From contig NC_068983.1 in assembly GCF_001194135.2 (NCBI RefSeq), positions 161,310,357 through 161,374,356 on the forward strand: DNA of 64,000 nucleotides, given 5' to 3'. Position numbers and translations under genes: made by a program. Below, piece after piece: positions 25,906 to 37,633 of this stretch. The stretch is from Octopus bimaculoides. Lineage: Eukaryota. Numbering within the stretch: the first letter of the stretch is position 1; the number at the start of each line of letters is the position of its first letter. The notes beneath the pieces were generated by a model that was not told the DNA's origin, did no database searches, and worked only from the letters and a program-made list of their open reading frames with translations.

Positions 25906-26515
25906 TACACACACACATGTATTCTTTATAACAAAATATATTAAATATGTTCTGGACCAATTTTGTTTCATTTATAAAATGAATCATCAGCAAACAATAA
26001 ATGAATTAAAATTATTCATTGTATGAAATTCTGCAATTTATAAAACTTGAAACTTTTCAGACTCAAAGAAGATACAATTTCATGAATGTACAAGTCAATG
26101 TAATCATTGAATGTAGTGTTTCCTTCACAAGGAAATGTTAGTGAATTAAGCATAATCTTGTATAGCCTTAGGATTGTATTATAAAGCAATAACTTTGTAT
26201 CGATGCACAATTAGTGGATGTGAGTATCATTTCAAGGCAATTGCATATGAGAGAACTGAAATTTAAATTAGAGTGTATGAAATAATGTATGTATATAATA
26301 CACTGAAATACAGAAACAGGTCAGAGGTTGCAATATGATTCGGTAGACTACTTGAAATTTTCTGCATTAAAAAAGACATAAAATAAATCTTGGACCAATT
26401 CCCGGGTTCAGTCCCACTGCATGGTACTTTGGACAAATGTCTTCTACTATAGCCTCAGGCCGACCAAAGCCTTGTGAGTGGATTTTGGTAGATGGAAACT
26501 GAAAGAAGCCCATCG

Positions 26516-26564
<49 letters not shown>

Positions 26565-26723
26565 TTATGTGTGTCTATGTTTTTCCACCCACCATCACTT
26601 GACAACCGATGTTATATCCCAGTAACTTAGCGGTTTGGCAAAATAAACTGATAGCATAAGTACTAGGCTTAAAAAGAATAAGTCCTGGAGTCAATTGACT
26701 GAAACAGATAAAAGAATACAAGA

Positions 26724-26754
<31 letters not shown>

Positions 26755-27348
26755 CTTAAAAGCTGCACTCAGAGGTTAAGGATGAATGAGAATTAATTCT
26801 GTAATGCAAACATTCTATTGTTCCAGTTCCAAGTTGAATTCCAGCTGTTGGCTGATTTGTCCCAAAGTTCTTATCTCGATGTAAAATTAATGAAGCAAAT
26901 GTCATTTATATCTCCCTTAATCTCTGACATCATCTGACAAATGCCAAACATGATGACATGAATCAGCCAAGCTTTACCTGCTGGAAATAGTAACCCAAAT
27001 GCTTTTAAATCAGATCCCAATGCTGGATGTTCAAGAACCAAATGTAGAGCAGATTTTCAATCCTGAGATCATCCTGATTCCAAAAAGGTATAATATGTCG
27101 ATGTAGAGCAAATGTAGACTGAAATGCATGAGTTCCAGACAGACAGACAGAACTTCACTTTTATTATTATTTTTATATATATAAAGTAGTTGTATGCTGT
27201 CAACTTAATGTGACAGTCTCATGAAGAGAGTAATACTATTGCTATTTAGCCCTAGGAAGCAGCACCACTTCCTGCCAGCCTTGACACATTTCCTACGTCC
27301 TTATGTTTACAAGGGGGAGACAAGCACCTCCACCTAGCTAAACCTGCA

Positions 27349-27391
27349 TCCAGAGACTAGTTAGTGAGTGTTTGCTCGTCTTCAGTCTGGA
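27349..27391 (-). ncRNA. Degenerate minimal type-I hammerhead ribozyme motif
   Basis: TCCAGA-CTGAAGA-C-GAG[CAAACA]CTC-A-CTAA-CTAG-TC|TCTGGA; perfect 6-bp stem I; GAAA mutated to CTAA; sits at the head of a third family member (27190-27425). Confidence 0.6.
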
Positions 27392-28534
27392 GTAGTATGG
27401 CTTGCTAGTTGGAGATGCCTATCTAGCTCTTGTAAACATATAATAATTCTAGTGAAATACATTCAATGATTATNNNNNNNNNNNNNNNNNNNNNNNNNNN
27501 NNNNNNNNNNNNNNNNNNNNNNNNNNNNNNNNNNNNNNNNNNNNNNNNNNNNNNNNNNNNNNNNNNNNNNNNNNNNNNNNNNNNNNNNNNNNNNNNNNNN
27601 NNNNNNNNNNNNNNNNNNNNNNNNNNNNNNNNNNNNNNNNNNNNNNNNNNNNNNNNNNNNNNNNNNNNNNNNNNNNNNNNNNNNNNNNNNNNNNNNNNNN
27701 NNNNNNNNNNNNNNNNNNNNNNNNNNNNNNNNNNNNNNNNNNNNNNNNNNNNNNNNNNNNNNNNNNNNNNNNNNNNNNNNNNNNNNNNNNNNNNNNNNNN
27801 NNNNNNNNNNNNNNNNNNNNNNNNNNNNNNNNNNNNNTATATATATATGTGTGTGTTTATATATATATATATACACACACATACATACATACATACATAC
27901 ATACATACATACATACATACATACATACATACATACATACGTACATACAGATGTGTGTGTGTGTGTGTGTGTGTGTTAGTGATTCCTAGCCATAGTCTGC
28001 AAACCCCTGGGAATCCACAAATGTAGTAAGCTCACTTTAGAATTTCAAGAATCTGCAGTATAAAACAATTCGCAATTTCTCACAAAAAAAACGCTAAAGA
28101 TTAACTTACAAATTTCAAAAGTAGTCTCCAAATCTACAAGAATAGTCCAATTTGTTTAGAGGCCTTTAAAAACACAAACAACATTTAAAACCTGCTCTTG
28201 TCGAAATTCAGAATATATTAGCAATGCAGCGTCATTTAACTCATTAAACAAGTATTTTGAGGTTAATAACTGCTATTTATCAAGTTTAATATTCAGAAAC
28301 AAATAGTTTTCAGTAGGAAGATGAAACTCGGGAAAAGAACTTGTGTTATTCACTAAAAGTGACTTGTAATGAGATCTTTCAAAAAGACCAATATTCATGG
28401 AAAATTCATTTAAATAAAAGTAAGTGCTAGAAGTGAAAAGGCTGGAAATGACTGATATTCATTCTGTGAGGATGTATGTATATAACTGTTACTAATTTAG
28501 GCACAAAGCCAGTAATTTTGAGAGGAAGGGGATT

Positions 28535-28690
28535 AGTTGGTTACATTAGCTCCAGTCTTCACTGGAACACTATTTTATCAACTCTGGAGGAATTAAAGGC
28601 AAAGATGACCCCTATAGGATTTGAAGCTGGAAGTTAAATACAGGGTATATTTTCTAACACTCTAACAATTCTGCCAGCCAGCCATCTTGT
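28535..28690 (-). mobile_element. Family-B SINE, diverged
   Basis: Degenerate copy of the family-B core. Confidence 0.7.
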
Positions 28691-29211
28691 GTGTGTGTCT
28701 CTATAGTGATAACAATCTTTTAGCATTCACATTGTTCTGTCAAAAGTAATGCTTATTTATTCTCTTTGTTTTGAATTAATCATGCCTTATCTTGTAGTTT
28801 TGAGAATTTGATGAGGTAGCTATTGATTTTTAAAATGATGCTGTAGGGTTGGCATGAGAGGCCAGACCTGGCCAGTTTGAACACAAAACAAGAAGAATAT
28901 TTTGGCCAGATATGGTCAGTTTAAATACAAAAGTGCTAAACATTGTAAGAACAGATATAAAACAGATAAGAAAAACAGACTCTCACAGAGACCATTTACC
29001 AACTACACTACAATTAATCTATCTAAATTAAGTACATCAATATATTTTTTCCCCCTTTCAATTATTTTAATTTCTAACAGTGTTATTTATATCTCTACAA
29101 GATAATTGGTCTCTGGGCCTATCTTTGGTATTGATTCATTTGAAAAACTAGAAAATGTTCTATTGTATTGGTGACATCAATATACAAAGTTTATCAATCC
29201 ACCTTTTATTC

Positions 29212-29439
29212 TAACCCTTTAGCGTTCAGATTAATCTATCAAGTGTAATGCTTATTTATCCACATTGTTTTAAATTGATCATGCATTATCTTATAGCTTT
29301 GAGATTTCAGTAAGGTGATTGTATATTTTTAGAATGGCATTGTAGGATAGGTGTGAGAAGTTGGATCTAGTCAGTTTGACTGTAAAACAGTTGGAATATT
29401 TTTGGCCAGGTATGGTCAGTTTAAATGTTAAAGGATTAA
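29212..29439 (+). mobile_element. ~225-bp MITE with TAACCCTTTAG...TAAAGGATTAA ends (TTAA-type, piggyBac-like)
   Basis: Related copies at +28712-28935 and -63843-64000. Confidence 0.75.
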
Positions 29440-29769
29440 ATAATATTTAGTTGTAGGAGCAACCTTGTAACTTACACAAATGCTATCAAATTGGAGATGG
29501 TGTTGTTTTAGTCTCACATCATCTCATGAACAAAAACATTTCCCCCATGACCATTCCACATATTAGACACAGTGCACACAAATCAATATTATTATCAAAT
29601 ATGTCCTTTTCGAAGGCTATAATTTGTGATTCAAGAGAGATTAAACTGCTAATTCTAGCAGATGAGTAACCATGTAGAGGCTCTGTCATTGGTTTGAGAT
29701 TGAACTGGATGTTGTTATGTTCAGCTATTTTCACTTTTTTTTTTTTTTAAATTACTTGCTGGGTTTGGA

Positions 29770-30750
29770 GGAAGGGGCCAGTGCCCAATCACCTTTGGAG
29801 GCCCTCCAAGACTGGTAAGCTTCAAACTGTTTAATGTTCTGTTTAAATTGTTGCAAGTTCACAACTACAAAAAAGACATGTGCAGGGAGGGGATTCCAAA
29901 AGACCACCATTCTAGTGAGAAAGAACTAGGTATAATAGTTAATGCAGGGTCTGAGAGATTGTACATAACAAGAGTGAGGAGAAGATATGAGATGAGTGAG
30001 TTGGGAGTTCATGAATGGGAGAGACATAACACAGTCTACTCCAAGAAACCGAGGCTATTATAGTAGCATTAGAAAGGCAGACAGAGAAGATGTACACATG
30101 TGGGCCAGAGAGACTGGAGGTCTGTGAGTGATTTTATGCCAATTAGTTGAGTGGCCTTTCTCTGGATAAGGTCTGGGACATGTTCAAACTCAAAAGCAAC
30201 TTCAACTTCGTAAAATGTCAGCAGTTGTTGAGGCTGAAATATTTACAGATCCTGGAGAATGGCCAGTCTTTTGGATGCAGTGTTAAGGTTGTGTTTTCAC
30301 TCATAGAGATCCTCAATGACAGTGAGGCCTAACATTTAACCCCATAAAAAGATGCTTTCAAGATTTCTGCCCATGGAATTAGTGTGAGTTTGACATGTGA
30401 CATCTAGGTTGCATGTGGATTATGCATGATTCAGTAAGATGAGGGAGGAATGAAAGTTCATATTGGTTGCACGAGAATGGGCGTTGTTGGAGGGGATAGT
30501 AAGTAAGCAGTTGGTGTGTAGAAAAAAGAAGACAAAACCAAACCCCAGGGTACACCAGAAATGAGTGAGAGTGGAACAGAAAGTTCCGTTAGCACATACC
30601 ATGATGATGTAATCTGATTACCAACCTACCACTCCAGGAGAGATGGATGATAAAGTTTCTATAAGGGATTCACATGCCACGTACACTTGAAAGCTGAGCT
30701 GATGCTTGGAACAACTTTGCTTTTACCAAATCTTTCCGATGTGAGAGATC
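29770..30750 (-). mobile_element. Degenerate CR1/L2-group LINE reverse transcriptase fragment
   Basis: Reverse frames: VCANGTFCSTLTHF/SGVP (cf. SGVPQGS), ASKRLAILQDL*IFQPQQLLTFY, LIQRKATQLIG...LQSL; many stops and frameshifts. Confidence 0.75.
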
Positions 30751-30857
30751 ACTGGTGACATAAGAAAGTAAGTCTCCAGTAGTTTTTTTTAATTATATAT
30801 AATTATAATAACCATGAGATGATATAGTTCCTTCTTGTAAAAATCAAGAGCATTATA

Positions 30858-31747
30858 TACGAGGTGATATCAAAAAGTTCCCAGACTAGTTCAGTAGAGT
30901 GCCAACAGATGGCAGCACACAGTTGCATGTGTAATGAGAGCTAGCAATGACCTTCATGAGGAAGTATGCCAAGTGACATTGCTGTGTTTACTTTTGCAAG
31001 TTGTGAAATTTGTGTTTTTGTGATGACATGTATGCTGTGGTCTGTGATTTGTGTCGTGGAAAGGAAGATAGAACAAAGAGCCATGAAATTTTGCGCTAAA
31101 CTTGGGAAGTCTGCTACAGAGACTTTGAGCATGTTTTGGCAAGTTTGTGGCAATGAGGCAATGGGTGATACACAATGTTTCGGGTGCTTCAAAAGTGGAA
31201 GAATGTCCCGGGAAGACAATGAGCAATCTGGGAAGACCAACCATGAGCATCACCTCCAGAAATGTGGAGAAAATTCATCAGCTTGTGCATAAAGATCATT
31301 GGAAGACAATCAACTACATTGCTGATGTTGTTGGTCTGTTGTATGCAAGCAATCCTAACATCAAGATTTTTCATGATGACAATGCACCCTGTCACTGAGA
31401 TCTCTTCACTCATGAGTTTCCTGCCAAAAACATGGTATCACTTTCACACCCACACTATACGCCAGATTTAGCACCTGCAGACTTCCATCTCTTCCCCAAG
31501 ATCAAAATGCAGCTCAAAGGTTACTGTTTTAACACCATTGTCGAGATCAAGAGTGAATCACAGAAGGTCATTGACTCACTTATGGAAAACGACTTCCAGG
31601 CCGGATTCCAAAAGTAGCAGGAACACTGGGACCAGTGTATTGCTCCGCAAAGTGAGTATTTCAAAGAAGATGATGTTAAAACTTAGGTAAATAAATTACT
31701 TTTTATTAAACATAACCAGTCTGGTAACTTTTTGACACCACCTCGTA
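30858..31747 (+). mobile_element. Internally deleted mariner transposon with both TIRs and TA target duplication
   Basis: TA|CGAGGTGATATCAAAAAGTTCCCAGACT ... AGTCTGGTAACTTTTTGACACCACCTCG|TA; relics EQRAMKFCAKLGKSATET, FHDDNAPCH, HPHYTPDLAPADFHLFPKIKMQLKG. Confidence 0.93.
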
Positions 31748-31991
31748 TCAAAAGTGTTCTGTTAGATTACAGTATCATAGTTCAATATATTTTTTCAGCC
31801 TTTTACAAGAAAATAGTATTAATGACCTGATCAAAGTATTGATATACTGTTTGTAAAATATACAGAAAGATTAAAAGTTATCGTTCACTTCCAAACTGAC
31901 TTCTACATATGCTGAAAATCAAACATAGCAAAGCAGATTAGCAAACAATAAATAACAATCAAAGTTTTTTTACTGAAATTTTAACCATTGA

Positions 31992-32225
31992 TTTATTTCA
32001 CCATAATAGATAATTAAATAAACAAATTAAAATGGTAAACAGTTTGAGTCAATGTAATAAATTGTCACTCATCACAGATCCACTTCCAAAACATTTTAAA
32101 TAAACATTGTTTGGAATGAATTTTATCGTAACATGTAAGAAGTGTTTCCAACCCAGTGAGGTTAAGAAAGAAACAAAAATGCTCAAAATGTGTTTGCATG
32201 GATTTCCTCATTAAAGTCTTTTATT
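31992..32225 (-). terminator. Candidate COG3 polyadenylation signals
   Basis: AATAAA on the - strand at 32220-32225 and 31992-31997, downstream of the stop codon; AT-rich context makes chance hexamers likely. Confidence 0.4.
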
Positions 32226-32306
32226 ACAAGATTAAATTCAGGTCCCTCATATTAAAAGAAAATTATTTGCTGCAGAGCCAATCTGAATCCCATTGAAGAG
32301 CAATTA

Positions 32307-32336
32307 TTATTTGCTAGAAGATAGTAATAAATTTAT
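32307..32336 (-). CDS. COG3: COG3 terminal coding exon
   Basis: ttttctttttctttttattgcag|ATAAATTTATTACTATCTTCTAGCAAATAA; INLLLSSSK* (human LSLLLSVSK*); strong acceptor. Confidence 0.92.
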   Translation of the reverse strand: MNLLLSSSK

Positions 32337-34082
32337 CTGCAATAAAAAGAAAAAGAAAATATAAACGTTGGCATAAGCACATGGAAAAGGTTATTTTGGC
32401 ACAAAAGTAGTCAATACACAACAACAGAGCCAATGAAAGAACCACTATTTAGTTGCTCAACAAACTAGAGATAGCAGCCAAATCTCTCTCAAATTCCACA
32501 CTATCATCTACACTCGTCAATGTAGTCCCATGTATATAAAAGCTTGAGAGAGTCATGGCTGGAATGATTTTCAACATAGTTATGCTTGATACAAGCTAAA
32601 TCTGGAGATAAACAATAAGACAATAGCAATAAAAACAATAAATTGCTGTTGGGAAGGGAATCCAGCCATAGAAACCATGCCAGAGACAATTGGAGTCTGG
32701 ACAGTTCCCTAGCTGGCCAACTCCATGTCAAACGGTCCAACCCATGCCAGCATGGAAAACGAATGTTAAACGATGATGATGACAATAAGTAAATCTTATA
32801 ACTTTCCAATAATGGCTTTCTTTCACAAGTACAACGATATTACATGTTAAAAGAAAAGGTATACAGGAAGACCAGGAGCTTACCGATAGTTTTTTCAATC
32901 ACAAGTGGAATAATGCTTTATGACTAAATAAAACTTGGTACACAGAAACCATGCAAAAGTATATAACATCATCATCATCAACATTTAAATCCATGTTTCA
33001 TGCTGGCATGGGTTGGATGGTTTGACAGGCCCCAACAGGTCTGAAGACTGCATCGTGCTTCAGTGTCTGGATACCCTACTAAATACCAATTACTTCACAA
33101 CATTTCTGAGTGCTTTGTTTGAGTCAGGTCACCATGCAGCCAGTAAGACTAAAACACTCTTCGACAGAGTAGACTACAGTAGCGAGGAAGATGGCTTTAT
33201 GCTCTTGGTTGAAGGATTAAAGTGTGAAAGGAGGGTCCACTACTGAAGGAGTTTCTTGTGGCAGGTAAGCTTCACAGTTACTCACATTATAGAAGAGAGA
33301 GTAAGAGTGGTTGGGGTGGAACAGAAAAGTGATAAAAATAGTGGAGATTAGATAGCTGGGTGGATCCTCAATATATGAGGTGAGTAACAGAGAGAGAGGG
33401 GAGATAGGGAGAGAGATGAGAGAGAGAGAGATTCAGCCAGGCAGGCAGACAGGTAGGTAGGTGGATAGAGATATATACATACACTACATACACACACAAT
33501 GTGGTTAAGAAATTTGCTTCCCAACCATGTGGTCTTGGGTTTAATCCCATTGTGTGGTCAGTCCAGGCTTTTACAATAGCCTGGACTGACCAAAGCTTTG
33601 TGAGTGGATTTGCTAATCAAAAACTGAAGGGTGTGTATGTGTGTGTGTGTCCCCATCTTGATAATGATCATCATCACCATTTAACGTCTTCCTTTCATGC
33701 TGGCATGGGTTGGACTTGATATCGTACAATAATTGTAAATGAAAGTCACCATCATACAAACAGAGCCATTCATTTCCATTGTTCTATGCAAACATGTCTA
33801 AGTCATGGGGAAATGTTATCTTGCTTGGAAGCAAGTGAGAACTAGCAACAGCGAAAGCATTTGGCCATAGAAAATTTACATCAACACATTCAATCTGACC
33901 CACACAAACATGGGAAAGAAGATATTAAAATGGTGCTGTTGTTGTTGATGATGATGATGATTATACAAAAAAAAGTACCCAGTATTTATTTCATAATTTA
34001 ACTTCCTATTGGAAATTAAAGATAAGCTTTCAATGTTAATATATGAAGTTATAGGTTTATTTACTGAAGAAAGAAGTTGTAC

Positions 34083-34181
34083 CTGTTCTATAGAAGGGCA
34101 CGCCACAATTTGTTTGTCTTCTTCTGTATATTCCAAGTTCAGAAGCTGAGCAAGTTGCTGGTAAGTTTGCTGTACACTCAC
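34083..34181 (-). CDS. COG3: COG3 penultimate coding exon
   Basis: ttctttttttatag|GTGAGT...GAACAG|gtacaa; 99 nt, phase 0->0; VSVQQTYQQLAQLLNLEYTEEDKQIVACPSIEQ (human ...EEFSPEDIQIIACPSMEQ). Confidence 0.96.
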
Positions 34182-35389
34182 CTATAAAAAAGAAATTATT
34201 ACTTCAACAACTAAATCCTATCAAACAAGACAATAATCTTGTGTCAGTTGAATCAGCTTTGAGAGACATGTTTTTGCTTTATTTAAATTACTACGTCTTC
34301 ATGTATATGACTACAAATAAATCTGATCAAGAACACGTATATCACATTGCTTTCATAATACATTTATTACCAAATATAATGAATGGTTTCGAGTTGAACA
34401 CTTTTCATTATAAATCAGTTCAATCAGAGCTGGCCTAACTAAACAAGAACAAATTCGTATGGTTACAATGTAAAGCAAAACCAAATTAACCCTGGCATGA
34501 CCTGAAATGAAAACAGTTTGTCAACAATCTATTAGTTAGTAGTTTCCAGTTTTAACCCTAATTATTCTAATGCATAGCTGCATTGATCTGCCAAATAGTC
34601 TCTTTCCAGAATTGATATGAGAATGTGTATACAGTATATCAACCACTTCAACATGGGAAGCCAAATCGTCTTCAAAACTAATGACACTGTTTATAAAGCA
34701 AGGATTAGATTTTTGAAATCTTAAATCTTAAGAAAGAAAACTGTTACCAGAAGTAAAGGTTAATTTTAAGTAGAACGGTGATCTCTCACAAGTCCTCTTT
34801 CTACGCAAGTAAAATTTAATGCAGTCATTCAATAAATTCATGACGTTCCACGTCACGAAATATAAGGGGAATAACTAGCTAAATATTTTTATGTTTTTGG
34901 CAAGCAAATATCTTCGATAATTAGCCAAAGGTAAATGGTTTAAATTCAAAGGACAGATATTTCATAGCTGGATACCCTTTTTTAATACCAAATCATTCAA
35001 CTCTGAAGTAAAAGAAGGTACATATTTTAAACAAATAAAGCTGAAACAATGGAAAATGGTAATGCCATACCTAAAGACCTAATGCCATGTCAATAACAAG
35101 ATTCTAATTTAGTGACCACATCACTTCATGCTCGTACTTAACTGGTTATGTTTATTTACAAAATCGTGACATGATTATCCTGTTGACTCCATCAAATCAA
35201 CAATAGCAACAACTCATTAGGGAGCCTGTGCAAGATTTACGTAACTGCTATGCTACAGTATATGTTACATAAATAACTAATGTCTTATAGTTGATACAAT
35301 TCAAAAAGCACCTTATGTATATGTGTCCCAATGTGTGTTTGTGTGCTATACTATGTATCTATAAGTATAAAGTGGTATTCTCAACTCAC

Positions 35390-35596
35390 CTTGACTGGTT
35401 TGAATAAAATGTATTCAGTATCCTTATTGGCCAGATAGAGGGACATGCTTCTCTGTACAAGAGGTAGTCGAGATTTTAAATTTTTGTAACTCTCTGCTAC
35501 AATATCATGTAGTTTTTCCGGAGTAGCAAATGGTTGATTACGCAAAGATACTTTTGGCACCCCTTCTTCTTTCTTCATGTCAGTAATAACAGTAGC
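35390..35596 (-). CDS. COG3: COG3 coding exon
   Basis: ttttattgtag|GCTACT...GTCAAG|gtgagt; 207 nt, phase 0->0; ATVITDMKKEEGVPKVSLRNQPFATPEKLHDIVAESYKNLKSRLPLVQRSMSLYLANKDTEYILFKPVK. Confidence 0.98.
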
Positions 35597-35639
35597 CTAC
35601 AATAAAATAAAAAAATAAAAAATAATCAACAACAACAAT

Positions 35640-35860
35640 AATAATTCTTTCTACTGTAGGCACAAGGCCTGAAATTTTGGGGGAGGAGGTAAGCCGACCA
35701 CATCGACCCAGTACTTGGCTGGCACTTAATTTATCGACCCCAAAAGGATGAAAGGCAAAGTCGACCTCGGCAAGATTTGAACTCAGAATGTGAAGACAGG
35801 TGAAATGCCATTAAGCATTTTGCCCAGCACGCTAACGATTCTGCCAGCTCGCTGCCTTAA
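35640..35860 (-). mobile_element. Family-B SINE, full length
   Basis: Core plus tail CCTTTCTACTGTAGGCACAAGGCC next to AAT repeats; ~45 nt from the COG3 acceptor at 35597. Confidence 0.9.
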
Positions 35861-36220
35861 TAATAATAAAAATACAACATGGCATGTCTTGCCAACAACA
35901 AGATCAAAGAGAAAGAAGAAAACTGAAAAACTATGACAATCTGAAGTGGAAAATACACAGACTGTGGGGGAATAAAGAGAGTGGACATGATAGCAGAAGT
36001 AATCGGTGCACTTGGAAGTATCAGCAGTCAATTACCAGCATGGCTCAAAAAGGTTAATACAAATGTCAAGATAGAATACCTAGAAAAAAGTCATCACTGC
36101 TTGAAATTGCAAGACTTTTCTGCAGAGTTCTTTAAGCATGATCCGTAACCCTTGATTTACTGGCTGTGAATAGCTGACACTTTCCAGTATACCCACCAAA
36201 ATAAGCCGAGAGTTTTCATC

Positions 36221-36256
<36 letters not shown>

Positions 36257-36310
36257 CAACGTTAAATCTCTGAACGAGGTATTAACAGTAACTGCACGAT
36301 AAAGTGAAGT

Positions 36311-36662
36311 ATTTTTGCCACTTAAATGTGGCTGACCCCTAAGGGTGGATGTTACTGTTGCTTTTAACCCCAGGAGAACATCTCCTCCAGCTGGCTTGTC
36401 GACACACTTCTGTGTCCTGTCTATTTTTGCCAAGGGAAGTTATCCTTCCCATCGTGATCTGTGGCACGAACGGACCCGAGTTTCAGGGTTATTTCCGGTC
36501 CGTTCGTGCCACAAATCACGATGGGAAGGATAACTTCCCTTGGCAAAAATAGACAGGACACAGAAGTGTGTCGACAAGCCAGCTGGAGGAGATGTTCTCC
36601 TGGGGCTAAAAGCAACAGTAACATCCACCCTTAGGGGTCAGCCACATTTAAGTGGCAAAAAT
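36311..36662. repeat. Near-perfect palindrome: 166-bp arms, 20-nt loop, 2 mismatches
   Basis: Arm 36311-36476 is the reverse complement of 36497-36662 except at two positions (manual comparison). Confidence 0.97.
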
Positions 36663-36890
36663 AATAATAATCCTTTCTACTATAGGTACAAGGCCTGGGT
36701 TTTTTTGTGGGGAGAGGGACAATCGATCACACTGTACCCAATACTCAACTGGTACTTAATTTATTGACCCTGAAAGAATGAAAGGCAAAGATGAGACTGG
36801 CAGCATTTGAACTCAGAATGTAAAGATTGATGAAATGCTGCCAAGTATTTTTGTCTAGTGTGCTAACAATTCTGCTAGCTCACCACCTTA
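36663..36890 (-). mobile_element. Family-B SINE inserted at the right arm of the 36311-36662 palindrome
   Basis: AATAATAATCCTTTCTACTATAGG tail begins where the palindrome arm ends; the left arm has ~50 nt of extra family homology that the right arm lacks. Confidence 0.85.
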
Positions 36891-37498
36891 ATATTAAGAA
36901 CAACAGCAGCAGCTGATGTCAATGCTATATTAACATTTTAACTTCTATTTTTCCAAGATTGCATAGGTTAGACAAGACAATGCAAAAACAGAATTTCCTA
37001 TGCTCATTTCTCAGTCTATTAAACAACATACAGTCTAGATGTGCTTTTGCAGTTGACTGCAGATAAACAACACCATTTGTATGAAGAGCAAGGCTCTTGT
37101 TTACAACCAGCATGCATATCAACAGGAAATATGAACTCATTCACACTCACCCACAAACACATAATGTCATCACAATTATCATCATACTTTAACATTCACA
37201 TTCCAAGCTGGCATGGTTGGACAGTCTGACAGGATCTGAAGAGTTGGAGGACTGTCATGCTTCAATGTCTATTTTGGCATGGTTCCTAGAGATGGATGCC
37301 TTTCTTAATGCCAACCACTTCACACAAAGTACAGGGTGCATAGTTCTAGTAAACAAGTTTTGGAAAAAGTTTATATCAAAGGCTTCTACCGACAGAAATG
37401 TTTTCCCCAATCCATAATGCTTGCACAAAGACGCCAATACATATAACAGACAATTTCAGGATTATCATTGCTGAGATAAATTAAAAAGATAAGTTTAC

Positions 37499-37633
37499 CT
37501 TTGATAAAAATGATTTTAATGGTTCAGTGAAATACTCTGAGATATGATGTATGAACTCTTCACAATTCTTCTTCAGCTCACTATCTACATCTTTCTTAGA
37601 ATCAACAAAGTGTTCTGTAACTTGTGGTGTTCC
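37499..37633 (-). CDS. COG3: COG3 coding exon
   Basis: aaaatatag|GGAACA...TCAAAG|gtaaac; 135 nt, phase 0->0; GTPQVTEHFVDSKKDVDSELKKNCEEFIHHISEYFTEPLKSFLSK. Confidence 0.97.

Noticed and set aside
36080-36628. Mirror-image ORFs on both strands around 36345-36628
   Set aside because: A by-product of the palindrome; no coding signature.
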